A DNA stretch of 64,000 nt. It comes from Minisyncoccota bacterium. GTDB lineage: Bacteria; Patescibacteriota; Minisyncoccia; Phycocordibacterales; VMEP01. The number at the start of each line of letters is the position of its first letter. Within the stretch, counting starts at the first letter, position 1. The stretch covers positions 387,684 to 451,683 of the forward strand of contig JBAZUR010000001.1 in the NCBI GenBank assembly GCA_041661305.1, in the 5' to 3' direction. The position numbers and the translations under genes are program-made. The notes under the pieces were generated by a model. That model searched no databases. It worked only from the letters and a program-made list of their open reading frames with translations, and had not been told where the DNA came from. Below are positions 8,466 to 18,700 of this stretch, one piece after another.

Positions 8466-10946
8466 TTACTCACCGTGACACTTCTTGTATTTCTTGCCAG
8501 AACCACATGGGCAAGGGTCATTACGTCCCACCGGCGCTTTAACTTGCGTCTTAGTCGAATCGGCTTCTTTTGAAACACCACCAGCGCTCAAAACGCTCGG
8601 ATTTTCGTGCAATTCAACAGTTTCTATTTGTTCTTTATGCGCGAGACCACTATCTCCTTTAATAAACTTAATTGTTGACGAAAGATTCAACCTAAAAGAG
8701 ATTTCCATTTCCTTAAATAGCTTGAGTCCTTCTTTTTTGTATTCAACCAAGGGATCTCGCTGTCCATATCCCCTTAAACCAACAGAAGAGCGCAAATAGT
8801 CCATTATCTCCAAGTGTTCAAGCCAAAGCATATCGTTTGTATAGAGGGCGAGTTTTCGGAATTCTTCGTAAAACTTTTCATCACCCAACTCTTTTTGTTT
8901 TTCTTCAATTTCTTTTTTGGCCTCTTCACTCTCAAGTTTTATTTCCTCAACCAAAGCATTGATGTATTCACGCTCTCCAAAAAGCATTTTTTCGCGACGA
9001 GTATAAACCACGCCACGCTGGTGGTTCATAACGTTATCGTACTCAAGCAAATGTTTTCGTGAATCAAAATTAAAACCTTCAATTTTTTCCTGTGCTCCTT
9101 CAAGCGCACGACTAACCATTTTGTTTTCTATTGGCTGGTCCTCAGGAATTCCAAATCGCCCCATCATGTTTTTTATCATGTCAGAGGCAAAGACGCGCAT
9201 TAGCGAGTCTTCGAGCGAAACGTAAAACTGAGTTTCTCCTGGATCCCCCTGTCGCCCAGCGCGCCCACGAAGCTGATTATCAATTCGTCTCGCTTCGTGT
9301 CGTTCGGTACCAATAACCGCGAGTCCACCCAAATCCCGAACCGCTTCATACGTTTCTTTAGTGTGAGGATTTCCTCCAAGTTTAATATCAACACCGCGAC
9401 CAGCCATGTTTGTCGCAATAACAACATTCCCCTTCTTCCCAGCTTGCGCAATAATTTCTCCTTCGCGTTCGTGGTTTTTAGCGTTCAACACTTCATGCGG
9501 AATACCTTCACGTTTAAAATACTCGGAAAGAATTTCATTTCTATCAATTGAAGCTGTTCCAATAAGGACTGGCTGACCTCTTTGATTAAGTTCTTTAACG
9601 CGCGCAGTTAATGCTTTCCACTTTCCAGTCTCAGTTTGAAAAATCAAATCATTCCTATCAAGGCGTTTAATGTCACGGTGTGTTGGTATTGCGATAACTT
9701 CAAGACCATAAACTTTAAAAAATTCTTCTGTGCTCGTCATTGCCGTTCCGGTCATACCAGAAAGCTTCCCGTATAGTCTAAAATAATTCTGGAATGAAAC
9801 GGAGGCCAGAGTTCGTGACTCGCGCTCAATATGAACATTCTCTTTTGCTTCTATGGCCTGATGCAAACCCTCTGACCAGCGTCGGCCTGGCTGAAGACGC
9901 CCTGTAAATTCATCAACAATAACAATCGCATTATCTTTGACCACGTACTCTTTATCCTTCTCAAAAAGTGCCTTAGCACGCACGGCGGTTTCTAGGTGAT
10001 GAACATACTTAATACCCTTTTCAGTGTAAAGATTGTCTATTTTGAGGGCCTTTTCTGCCTTATTGATACCACTATCAGTCATAGCGATGGACTTACTCTT
10101 TTCATCAACGGTATAGTCTTCCTCTTTTTTCATCTGCGAAGCAATACGTGCAAAAGTACGGTACAAATCTTCAGATTCTGCTGCTTGCCCAGAAATAATA
10201 AGTGGTGTGCGCGCCTCATCAATCAAAATAGAGTCGATTTCATCAACGATTGCGTATGCGTGTCCACGCTGAACGAGTGTTTCTTTGTCATACGCCAAAT
10301 GGTCTCGCAAATAATCAAAACCAAATTCATTGTTTGTGCCGTAAGTTATGTCAGCATGATATGCCTCACGTCTACTACACGGTCTTAAAAATTCATGAAC
10401 AACATGGAATGACCCTGTTAAGTCGCGCTCTGCATCTTCTTCTTTGTGTTCAGGGTCATATATAAATGACGATTCGTGGTTGATAATACCAACAGAAAGA
10501 CCGAGCGCTGAATAAATTTGTCCCATCCAAACACCGTCACGACGCGCGAGGTAATCATTCACCGTAACAATATGAACTCCTTCTCCTGTTAACGCATTTA
10601 AATATGCAGGTAACGTCGCAACAAGAGTCTTACCTTCTCCCGTTCGCATCTCTGCAATGTTTCCTTTGTGCAAAACAATTCCCCCAATGACCTGAACGTC
10701 ATAATGGCGCTCACCTAGCGTACGCTTCGCAGCTTCTCGAACAAGCGCAAAAGCCTCCGGCATAATATCATCGAGTGTTTCACCTTTTGTAAGTCTATCT
10801 TTAAACTGAGCTGTCTTTTGACGCATCTCATCAAGAGACAAATTTGCAACATCTTTTTCGCATTCCGCAACCTTCAAGACGTCACGACTAAGGGCTTTTA
10901 CAGCCTTTTCACTAGTTGTTCCGAGTATTTTTTCCAAGAAAAGCAT
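8466..10946 (-). CDS. secA: Preprotein translocase ATPase SecA
   Basis: MRTGEGKT, VDEIDSILIDEARTPLIISG, TNMAGRG, QLRGRAGRQGDPG; C-terminal SEC-C motif GRNDPCPCGSGKKYKKCH. Confidence 0.99.
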   Translation of the reverse strand: MLFLEKILGTTSEKAVKALSRDVLKVAECEKDVANLSLDEMRQKTAQFKDRLTKGETLDDIMPEAFALVREAAKRTLGERHYDVQVIGGIVLHKGNIAEMRTGEGKTLVATLPAYLNALTGEGVHIVTVNDYLARRDGVWMGQIYSALGLSVGIINHESSFIYDPEHKEEDAERDLTGSFHVVHEFLRPCSRREAYHADITYGTNNEFGFDYLRDHLAYDKETLVQRGHAYAIVDEIDSILIDEARTPLIISGQAAESEDLYRTFARIASQMKKEEDYTVDEKSKSIAMTDSGINKAEKALKIDNLYTEKGIKYVHHLETAVRAKALFEKDKEYVVKDNAIVIVDEFTGRLQPGRRWSEGLHQAIEAKENVHIERESRTLASVSFQNYFRLYGKLSGMTGTAMTSTEEFFKVYGLEVIAIPTHRDIKRLDRNDLIFQTETGKWKALTARVKELNQRGQPVLIGTASIDRNEILSEYFKREGIPHEVLNAKNHEREGEIIAQAGKKGNVVIATNMAGRGVDIKLGGNPHTKETYEAVRDLGGLAVIGTERHEARRIDNQLRGRAGRQGDPGETQFYVSLEDSLMRVFASDMIKNMMGRFGIPEDQPIENKMVSRALEGAQEKIEGFNFDSRKHLLEYDNVMNHQRGVVYTRREKMLFGEREYINALVEEIKLESEEAKKEIEEKQKELGDEKFYEEFRKLALYTNDMLWLEHLEIMDYLRSSVGLRGYGQRDPLVEYKKEGLKLFKEMEISFRLNLSSTIKFIKGDSGLAHKEQIETVELHENPSVLSAGGVSKEADSTKTQVKAPVGRNDPCPCGSGKKYKKCHGE

Positions 10947-11066
10947 GGTGAGTATTCTAGCATTTAGGCTCTTTGTGGGCTAATTGACCATATAGCCACA
11001 ATTAGTTCTTAGGGATTTAGGACTTAAGCATCTGGATACAGAACGAGGCAAAAGCGAGGATTACGA

Positions 11067-11262
11067 CGAGGTGTACTTTTGCGTACGTTGAGTAATATTT
11101 TATGCAGTGTGACAACGAAATGCGCCGTTTCTATCTTGTTACGCTTTTAAGGCTTACGGAAACGCGGGCAGTTCTAGGAACACAAATAAAATAGAGCGAG
11201 ACGTACTTCTACGTACGTTGAGTAATATTTTATGCGGTGTGACAACGAAATGCGCCGTTTCT
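11067..11262. repeat. Direct repeat, period 130 bp
   Basis: 11082-11132 and 11212-11262 match at 50 of 51 nt (cgtacgttgagtaatattttatgc[a/g]gtgtgacaacgaaatgcgccgtttct), with weaker similarity 15 nt further left. Confidence 0.9.
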
Positions 11263-11271
11263 GTAAGCCTT
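11149..11271. mobile_element. 123-bp MITE-like palindromic element
   Basis: Terminal inverted repeats aaggcttacggaaacg (11149-11164) and cgtttctgtaagcctt (11256-11271), 15 of 16 complementary; central cgtac...gtacg hairpin. Confidence 0.6.
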
Positions 11272-11283
11272 TTACTAAAAAAC

Positions 11284-11313
11284 AAAAACCTCTCATGTTG
11301 ATGAGAGGTTTTT
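11284..11313 (-). terminator. Intrinsic terminator after the small basic peptide gene
   Basis: aaaaacctctcat-gttg-atgagaggttttt. Confidence 0.85.
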
Positions 11314-11328
11314 GTACCGCAAGTGCAA

Positions 11329-11403
11329 TTATGAGCGCTTTGCTTTCTTTGCTTTCTTTGCTGGCTTTTTCTTTGCTGCTGCCTTCTTTTTTTTTGCTGC
11401 CAT
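11329..11403 (-). CDS. 24-aa Lys/Ala-rich basic peptide with histone-H1-like composition
   Basis: Hand translation MAAKKKKAAAKKKPAKKAKKAKRS*, followed directly by a terminator; below the ORF-track cutoff. Confidence 0.75.
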   Translation of the reverse strand: MAAKKKKAAAKKKPAKKAKKAKRS

Positions 11404-11543
11404 TTTATTAAGGTACGATTATTTTTTAAAGCTTGCAGAGTCATCGACCATTCCAAAAAATTTTTGAAACAAAACGACTACTGCAGTACTGCTATCATTA
11501 TCATATGCAAAGAACATGCATGCAATATTTTTTAATGAAAAAG

Positions 11544-11552
11544 TGTGGATAA
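11544..11552 (-). promoter_or_regulatory. Consensus DnaA box (TTATCCACA)
   Basis: tgtggataa on the + strand, upstream of the peptide gene. Confidence 0.45.
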
Positions 11553-11605
11553 CTTTTTATTAAAAAATAATTTATTTTATAAACAAATTTTTGATAAATT
11601 GTTTT

Positions 11606-12643
11606 TTAAAAATTACCAACAAGACAAACCTCAAATTCAAGTTGCACACCAAAAACATCGAAAACTTTTTTCTGTATATCTTTAGCTAAAGAAAAAACTT
11701 CGCTCGATTTTCCTTCTCCATAATTAACAAGTACCAAAGCGTGTTTTTCATATATACCAACACCGCCATTTCGTAATCCTTTTTCGCAGCCAGCATTCTC
11801 AATAAGCCAACCAGCGGAAAGTTTTTTCAAGTCAGAATCGTTAGTCGAAAACACTGGTATCGTTTTATATTTTTCAACTAAGAAGTCTACTTGTTTTTTC
11901 TCAATCGTAGGATTTTTAAAAAATGAACCAGCGGTTCCAAATAGGGACAAATCTGGCAACTTACGCTTCCGAATAGCAAGAACCGCCTCTCGAATGTCTA
12001 GGGCTGTGGCTTTATCCTTCCCAACACCCCTCGTCAAAAGTTCGCTCAAAATTTCTGAATGTTCAATATTCTGCTTTGTGCTTCTTGAAACAGAAAATGC
12101 GACCTCTGTAATTATTAAATGTCTTCCAAGGTCTTTTTTAAAAATACTATCGCGATATCCAAAAGCACATTCTTCTTTTAGAAATTTTTTACTTTTTTTA
12201 GTCCGGACATCAAAAGTGTTTACCCACTCAATATGTGAAGAAACCTCACTCCCGTATGCTCCAATATTTTGAACAGGAGCCGCTCCAACTGTACCGGGAA
12301 TACCAGAAAGAAACTCAAAACCAGAAAAACCAATTTCAATTAAGTGTTGAACAAGGCTGTCCCACGACTCCCCTGCTCCGACAACAACAATTGTTTTTCC
12401 GTCATTTTCTTCAACCGAAATACCACGTAAACAAATCTTCATTACTAACCCAGAAAAACCGTTATCAGCAACTAGTAGATTTGATCCCCCTCCAAGAATA
12501 AAAATTGGTAAATTATTTTTCTCAACAAACAAAACCGCTTCATTAATATCTTCAACTGAATTTATTTCACAAAAATAGCGCGCCTTTCCTCCGGTATGAA
12601 ATGTTGTTAAGTCCTTAAGTAAAATATTTTCCCTTATCGTCAT
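11606..12643 (-). CDS. murB: UDP-N-acetylenolpyruvoylglucosamine reductase
   Basis: LGGGSNLL, GIPGTVGAAPVQNIGAYG, FGYRDSIFK, AGSFFKNP, HALVLVN. Confidence 0.97.
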   Translation of the reverse strand: MTIRENILLKDLTTFHTGGKARYFCEINSVEDINEAVLFVEKNNLPIFILGGGSNLLVADNGFSGLVMKICLRGISVEENDGKTIVVVGAGESWDSLVQHLIEIGFSGFEFLSGIPGTVGAAPVQNIGAYGSEVSSHIEWVNTFDVRTKKSKKFLKEECAFGYRDSIFKKDLGRHLIITEVAFSVSRSTKQNIEHSEILSELLTRGVGKDKATALDIREAVLAIRKRKLPDLSLFGTAGSFFKNPTIEKKQVDFLVEKYKTIPVFSTNDSDLKKLSAGWLIENAGCEKGLRNGGVGIYEKHALVLVNYGEGKSSEVFSLAKDIQKKVFDVFGVQLEFEVCLVGNF

Positions 12644-12650
12644 GTATAAA

Positions 12651-12740
12651 ATATTACCCGCAATCTTGGCTGGTAAGTGTTGGCTCCCAAAACAAATGTC
12701 TTATATGAGTGCGTTCACCAGCCAAGGCTACAGGCAACAT
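12651..12740 (-). ncRNA. Candidate structured RNA or leader hairpin upstream of murB
   Basis: On the minus strand the ends form a stem of about 26 bp with one mismatch and several G-U pairs that work only on that strand. Confidence 0.45.
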
Positions 12741-12791
12741 AGAATAAGTATAATGGTATTTTTTATTTTTGTCTTGAAAATTTTTATTTTA

Positions 12792-12878
12792 TTTGCTTTT
12801 AAAATGCACGTATAATTTTCTGCTGAAAATTTACTATACTCGCGCCAGTCGCGCTCCGTAATGCATTTTAAAAGCAAA
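12792..12878. repeat. 87-bp element bounded by a perfect 17-bp inverted repeat
   Basis: tttgcttttaaaatgca (12792-12808) and tgcattttaaaagcaaa (12862-12878). Confidence 0.85.
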
Positions 12879-12934
12879 CGTTAGGGATTTCCTTAAGAAA
12901 ATACAAAGAAAAATGGCAACGCAAACTCACAAAT

Positions 12935-13151
12935 CAGTCCGAATACGGACTGTTCGCGAGCCCACCTCGCCGCCCAACAAAGAAACGGCTAAGAGCCGCT
13001 TTGTTGGGGCCCGTCTCCGGTCGTTTTGCTCCCGTTTTGTTCACGTTACCACGTGATTACAAAACGCAGTCCTGTGCGTTTTTTGTTCTAAAACAACCAA
13101 TGCTTCGCATTGGTAAAAGAACAAAAAACGCAAAACCCCGCCGAGGCGGGG
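12935..13151. repeat. Cluster of six consecutive hairpins
   Basis: Stems at 12935-12952, 12956-12970, 12973-13008, 13033-13066, 13075-13132 and 13136-13151. Confidence 0.75.
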
Positions 13152-13237
13152 GCTTACGCAGACATTCGTGCTTTAAGAACAAACACAAAAGCACTCATAC
13201 ACACAATACTAGCAGAAACTAGAGAAAAGTCAAGTTT

Positions 13238-15589
13238 TTATGGGTTTCTCCCGGCTTCTATTTCCTGAATGTAATAATCCCCTTGTGCCTTAAATCCAGG
13301 ATTTATTTCTATAATCCTTTTTATTAACTCAACAGACCTCGCCCTGTCTCCAATCTGAAGATATGTTGCCGCAAGAGTTAAAAGTGTTTGAGGGTCATTT
13401 GGGTTATTTTTTAATTGAGTTTCCAAAACAGAACGTAGTTTTTGATAATTACCAGTTGAGGCATATGCGCTAATAAGTCTGGTATCCATGGCTGTGTATT
13501 CCCCCAAAAGGGCTTCTGCCTCATTTGCTTTACCTCCATAAATTAAAGATGCGGCATAAATAACTCGAGCGTCATCGTATGTTGGATCTCCTTCGTAAGC
13601 TTGTTTTAAGACGTCAATCGCCTTACCAAATTCCTTCATGTTTATATAAGTAGTACCAAGCTCAAATAATACTTGTTGCTTCTTTGGAGAAATAGTACGT
13701 GCTTTTTCAAGATAAGTAACAGCTTCTCCAAACTGAGAGTAGTTATTCATCAATCCTCCCAAAAATAATGGGTAGCGCACATCAAGCGGACTATCTTCAG
13801 ACTGTTTAATCATTTCGTTGCGAGCCAAATTAACAAACTTCTGCTTTGCTTCAATAGGGACATTCGCTTGATTTAGTCTAAGTGAGATTTGTATCAACTG
13901 TTCGCGCGCTTCCCCACTTCCAAAGGTATTGTAGGCAAAAGTTTTTTCGAAATACTCGAAATTTTTATTCAACCCACCATCCGTTTCTCCGTGTGGTGAT
14001 ATCGCCTGAATCAATGCTTTTGAAGCAAAAATTGGTTTTACGTTCACAAAATACATAACCAAAACAAATCCGATTAATACGACTGGAACAAAAACAGAAT
14101 TAAGGGAACCTTCTTCCTTTTTTGCTTCAATATTTGTCATTCCTTCCTTGAGTGCCATAACGCTAATGAACCCTAATGTTGAGAAAAACAATATATAACT
14201 CACAAGGTTATCGAAAACAAAAAGATTGTGGAAAAAATACGCCCCGAAAAGACCAGTCAAAATACTCTTCTCAGCAACCGTAAAGGTAGATGTAAATTTC
14301 CACAAAGAATAAAGTGCTACTGCAAACATTGAAAGGTACGAAAGAAGACCAAGAAAACCAGCAGCTATTAACCAATCAAAGAAAACATTATGAGAACGGT
14401 CAAACCACGGTTCCTGACTCCACATTTTTGGGTTGTAATGTTTTGCAAAAACAACAATAAAGTTATCTTGCCCCCAACCCAAAAGCGGATTCTCTTTAAC
14501 CCCCTGCCAACTCATATTCCAAATCATAAAACGTGATTTGGTTGTTTGCTCGTCAAAAGAGATTGTAGAAAATCTACTTAAAACTGGGCTGGTGCTGATT
14601 ATTGGATTATTTTTAAACGCAATAAAAAGCCCGACAAACAAAACAACGGCAGTCAGTGTTCCAATTGCTATGTTTTTAACAAAACGATTTTCTCGATTAA
14701 ACCAAGCAATTAAAACTGAAGACAAAGAAACGCCGGCAATAAGACCCAAAATCGCTCCACGAGTAGCGGTATAATAAAGTGCAATCAAAGCCAAAGCGGT
14801 GATAGCACCATAAAGAACACGGCGAATAGTAATATTTTCCCTCTTCGTAAAATAAAAATATGCGAGCACTGGTAATCCAACTAAAGAGATTCCAAAAAAT
14901 ATCTTTCCGTAAAAACCAAGAGCCAGTGTGCTACTTACCACTCGAGTCAAACCAAAAATTGAGAGCAAAACAAAACCAACAAACGCTGAGTAGTAAATAT
15001 CTATCGAACCCTTACATTTATTTCTGACAAACCAAAAGGCCAACAGGAAAATATTAATCAAAAGAAAAACCGCAAAGTAGGTTGCGTTACCTAAGGTTGC
15101 ATCAGCACGGGTGCTCCCCTGGTTTATTGTTAACTCTCCGTGAACCTGCATAAAAGAATACATCGTCAGAAAAAAATTCACTCCAAACAAAACGTGAAAA
15201 AATTTCTCCCACAATCTTTCTGTCGCCATAACCGTCGTCACAACAAAAAAATACGCTGCGATATGTAGCAGAGAAACAAGACCTTCCATTCGTTCATAGT
15301 TTGACCAAAAACTACGGTATGTGTTTACTCCAAAAATATCAGCGAGAGCGACAATGCCGACAAATATTGCGACGGCTATGGCAATCCAATTTTTCTTCGG
15401 ACGATACGATGCGTCATAATAAACAAGAAGCAACCAAGCAGCAAATATAATTTCAACAATAATGCGGAAAGTAAAATTTTTCCCAGTAATAAATGGAAAA
15501 AACATTGAGCTTGAGATTATAAGCGGAATAAAAGGAACGAGAAAAATACCGCTGATAATAAAGTTTCTTAAAAAATTTTGAGGTACCAT
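13238..15589 (-). CDS. O-antigen ligase (Wzy_C) family membrane protein with C-terminal TPRs
   Basis: About 12 TM helices; TATRGA, R..IW...W...NPLLGWG, RSHNVFFDWL; helical TPR-like tail. Confidence 0.9.
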   Translation of the reverse strand: MVPQNFLRNFIISGIFLVPFIPLIISSSMFFPFITGKNFTFRIIVEIIFAAWLLLVYYDASYRPKKNWIAIAVAIFVGIVALADIFGVNTYRSFWSNYERMEGLVSLLHIAAYFFVVTTVMATERLWEKFFHVLFGVNFFLTMYSFMQVHGELTINQGSTRADATLGNATYFAVFLLINIFLLAFWFVRNKCKGSIDIYYSAFVGFVLLSIFGLTRVVSSTLALGFYGKIFFGISLVGLPVLAYFYFTKRENITIRRVLYGAITALALIALYYTATRGAILGLIAGVSLSSVLIAWFNRENRFVKNIAIGTLTAVVLFVGLFIAFKNNPIISTSPVLSRFSTISFDEQTTKSRFMIWNMSWQGVKENPLLGWGQDNFIVVFAKHYNPKMWSQEPWFDRSHNVFFDWLIAAGFLGLLSYLSMFAVALYSLWKFTSTFTVAEKSILTGLFGAYFFHNLFVFDNLVSYILFFSTLGFISVMALKEGMTNIEAKKEEGSLNSVFVPVVLIGFVLVMYFVNVKPIFASKALIQAISPHGETDGGLNKNFEYFEKTFAYNTFGSGEAREQLIQISLRLNQANVPIEAKQKFVNLARNEMIKQSEDSPLDVRYPLFLGGLMNNYSQFGEAVTYLEKARTISPKKQQVLFELGTTYINMKEFGKAIDVLKQAYEGDPTYDDARVIYAASLIYGGKANEAEALLGEYTAMDTRLISAYASTGNYQKLRSVLETQLKNNPNDPQTLLTLAATYLQIGDRARSVELIKRIIEINPGFKAQGDYYIQEIEAGRNP

Positions 15590-15616
15590 GAATTGTTTTT
15601 AATTGTTAATTTAACA

Positions 15617-15647
15617 ACCAAAATCAAGGGGTCCCCTTGATTTTGGT
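15617..15647. repeat. 31-bp palindrome upstream of the ligase gene
   Basis: accaaaatcaagggg-t-ccccttgattttggt, perfect 15-bp arms. Confidence 0.85.
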
Positions 15648-15722
15648 GACGCACATTTATCGTAAGATTTTACCACAGCTTCGAACTTTACACACAAGGA
15701 GCGCAAAACCATCCCCCAAGAA

Positions 15723-18700
15723 CTAAAACTCAAAGAAATTAACCCTACAATCCGCTCTACATGTAGATGGATTCTCACCCTTGGAAGCCTGGCATCTATC
15801 GTCGCCACACGATGTACCCAATTGACGACAGACACCATCTGAATCGCACACTGTACCCACAGAGCTACACGAAGCGCTTGCGCCACTATACTCACCAGCG
15901 CAAGTCCATGTCCAAGATAACGCTGGGTCACTTTCTGGTAAGATATTAATATCTTCAGGTAAAACAACTGGTCCTGGTAATCCTACTGTGTTACAAAGAC
16001 CAGAAGTTGGTTTCTTTTGAGTTGGAGCACCATTAGCCGAACCACAGACTCCTGGTATTGGGTCTGGTGTAGTAACAACCAGTTGACGACCCTGACAAAA
16101 AGATGGCCATGTACTGGACCACGCCCCAGAATCATCTTGGGCCCTGAAAAAAATCCAATATGTTCCGGGAACAAACGAACGAGCAAAGCTTGTTAGGGAG
16201 CTAATGAGCGTGCCTGAGGTGCAGTTACCGAGTCTCCATTCATAAGCTACTATAGAGCCGTCAATGTCGGCATCTGTTGCTGCCCCAGAAAATTGCTGTG
16301 ACTGAGAACTGTTTATTGTAATGTTCGTAGCGGGACTAATCATTGTTGCTGTTGGTGTTTTGTTTTTATACGCACGACATGTCGGATTTGCTCCATTTAT
16401 TCCACGACAATCCCACTGATAGCGATCAGTAAAATTCCAAACAAAACCAGGAGTACCAGTATTACAAAGACCAGATGTTGGAGCGGTTGTTAATCTTGTA
16501 GTCCCATCAGCTGGACCACATGAACCATTAACTATGGTGGTCACGATACTTACAGTCTTAAAGACGTTTGCAGACTGATTATTATTAGAATCTTGTGTTC
16601 TTACATAAAAAACTTTAGTTCCAGTTGTATTCCATGTACGACTAATTGTCTGCGGGGTTCCAGATGGAACATATCCGATAGCAGGAGCCCATTCATCAAT
16701 TACCGTGTCGAAGTTCCAATCAAATCCATACCTAACATTATCACCATCAATATCTGTTGCAGTAGCTGTAAAACTAACAGGGGTATTCACAAGACTAGGG
16801 TCCTGATAAACAAGAGTTGGTGTGCTTGGCAAATTGCTTGGAGGAGCAGCGGTAAACGAGTAAGAGAGACTCATAGCTGGAACGCTATAACTAAGACCGC
16901 CCGAACGACCATACTGCCCTGTCTGTCTACCATCATAACTAATAAATTGCCCTGCCCTAAGAGAACCGTTCGTAGCCGGATATGCAATATTCATGCTTAT
17001 TGATTGCCCAGAAGAAGCTGTAACTATGCAATCAGAATAAAAAGGGCTGTAACTCACAACAGTGGCACACCACATGGGATCACCAGGATACTGCGAGCAG
17101 AAAAAACTATTATATGGACCACTTGTTCTCACCCCACCCAAAGTAGCTCCACAACTAAGACCACTTCCAGAAACAGAAAACGATGGTGGTATGGTGGCCA
17201 TATCTCCTTGGTAAATGATGTAATACCAACCACCAGAAACATAATTAATGTTAGTGCACTCGTTATATGTTGTACAAGATTTAGCAGAAGTATCCCACCG
17301 TCCATAAGGAGAGTCATATTCACCGCCCGTACCAACCCAAGAGCTAGCGCCACTACTTGGGTTCCAGGTTACACGAACAGTAGCACCGGTTGGAATTGAA
17401 GAACCATCGAGCACCTCTGACCCAAAAAGAGTTACTGTGGCGTTGTATAAAACTGTCGCTGTTATTCCCGCGACCCCATAACCAGTCGGATTGGCAGACC
17501 CTTCGCTAAAACCGAGTATTGGTAACCCAAATGACGTCCCAACACTCTTCGCCTCTACTGTTGTAGGAGCTATGAAAGAAGAGCCGAGAAAAATTAGAAT
17601 TAGTGTGAGAGAAATCGGTAATTTTTTTCTACCTTTTAAAACTGCCCACAAAACATAAATAATGGATAAAATAATTAAACCACCTAAAATAATAGCGCCT
17701 GTATTTGTTTTTTTAGGACAGATGTCAGGATTGATATCGCGACAATCATAGACCTCTTTCACCTCCTCGACTACCTCTCCTTTGTGTTTAAGCGTGGCAG
17801 TCAGAGAAAACGTTGTGTAATTTTTCTTCGGCGTAAACAAATCTTTTACACCCATCATTGCGCTCGTGATATTACCTGCATACTCATAGGAGTGAATCAA
17901 TCTACCTTTTTCATCATTTAGCGTTAAGGTAAGAGTATTATCTTTGACCACACCGTCGCTAACTGCGTGAACACAAGAGAAAAGCGTATTTTCTTTATTC
18001 TTTTCGAGTGGATAGCTCATGATGCTTGGAAAATTTATTCTTGTTTCCTCAATGCCATCACGAACAAAACGAATATTAAGAATTGATTTACTTGGACCAT
18101 CGTTTGTTTCTACTACAAGATAAGAAACAATCGCCCCTGTTGGTAATGCGGAATATGAAATTTCTTTAACTTCTTCGGGTTTAAGTTTAATAGACTCTGT
18201 TTTTGTGTCCTTAAGATTTTCTTCACGAAGACCATCCCAATTATAAAGTTTCCAAACGACAGGTACTGTCACTGATTCGTTCTTAGGATTTACAAGCTTA
18301 ACAACAACGCTCACTGGCTCATCTTTTGAAAAATGAAGTGGAAAAGCAGCAAAACGGTGTGGTTGTTTGTTTAGGGTAACAGTACTCTTGTCGAAAGTGA
18401 CAACGCTAATCTTTCGGTCGCTAACAACAGAAAAATAAACCTGATTCCCGACTACGTCGTCAGTAAAAGAAAGTCCTAAAAGATTGTAGCGCTTAGCAGT
18501 TTGAAAAAAGAAAGATGCAATATAATCTCCAGCTGGGGTGTTGTCTGGAACTTTCCATAAAAATGACGTCTTCTTGCTTCCGTTTGCTGGAATATTGAAA
18601 GTTTCATCAAGTGAAAACTGGTCAACCAAATCAAAACCATTCTCTTGGTCAAAATTTTCTCCCGCTTGCTGTCTAAATATTTTTACATAAACCTGGCCAT

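Noticed and set aside
11154-11456. 100-aa minus-strand ORF
   Set aside because: It crosses a terminator and a repeat element; the 24-aa peptide in another frame explains the composition.
11460-11605. Replication origin (AT-rich stretch with a DnaA box)
   Set aside because: Only one box here, and no dnaA or dnaN nearby.
13001-13222. 73-aa + strand ORF
   Set aside because: Lies over the hairpin cluster, has a TTG start and no recognisable motif.
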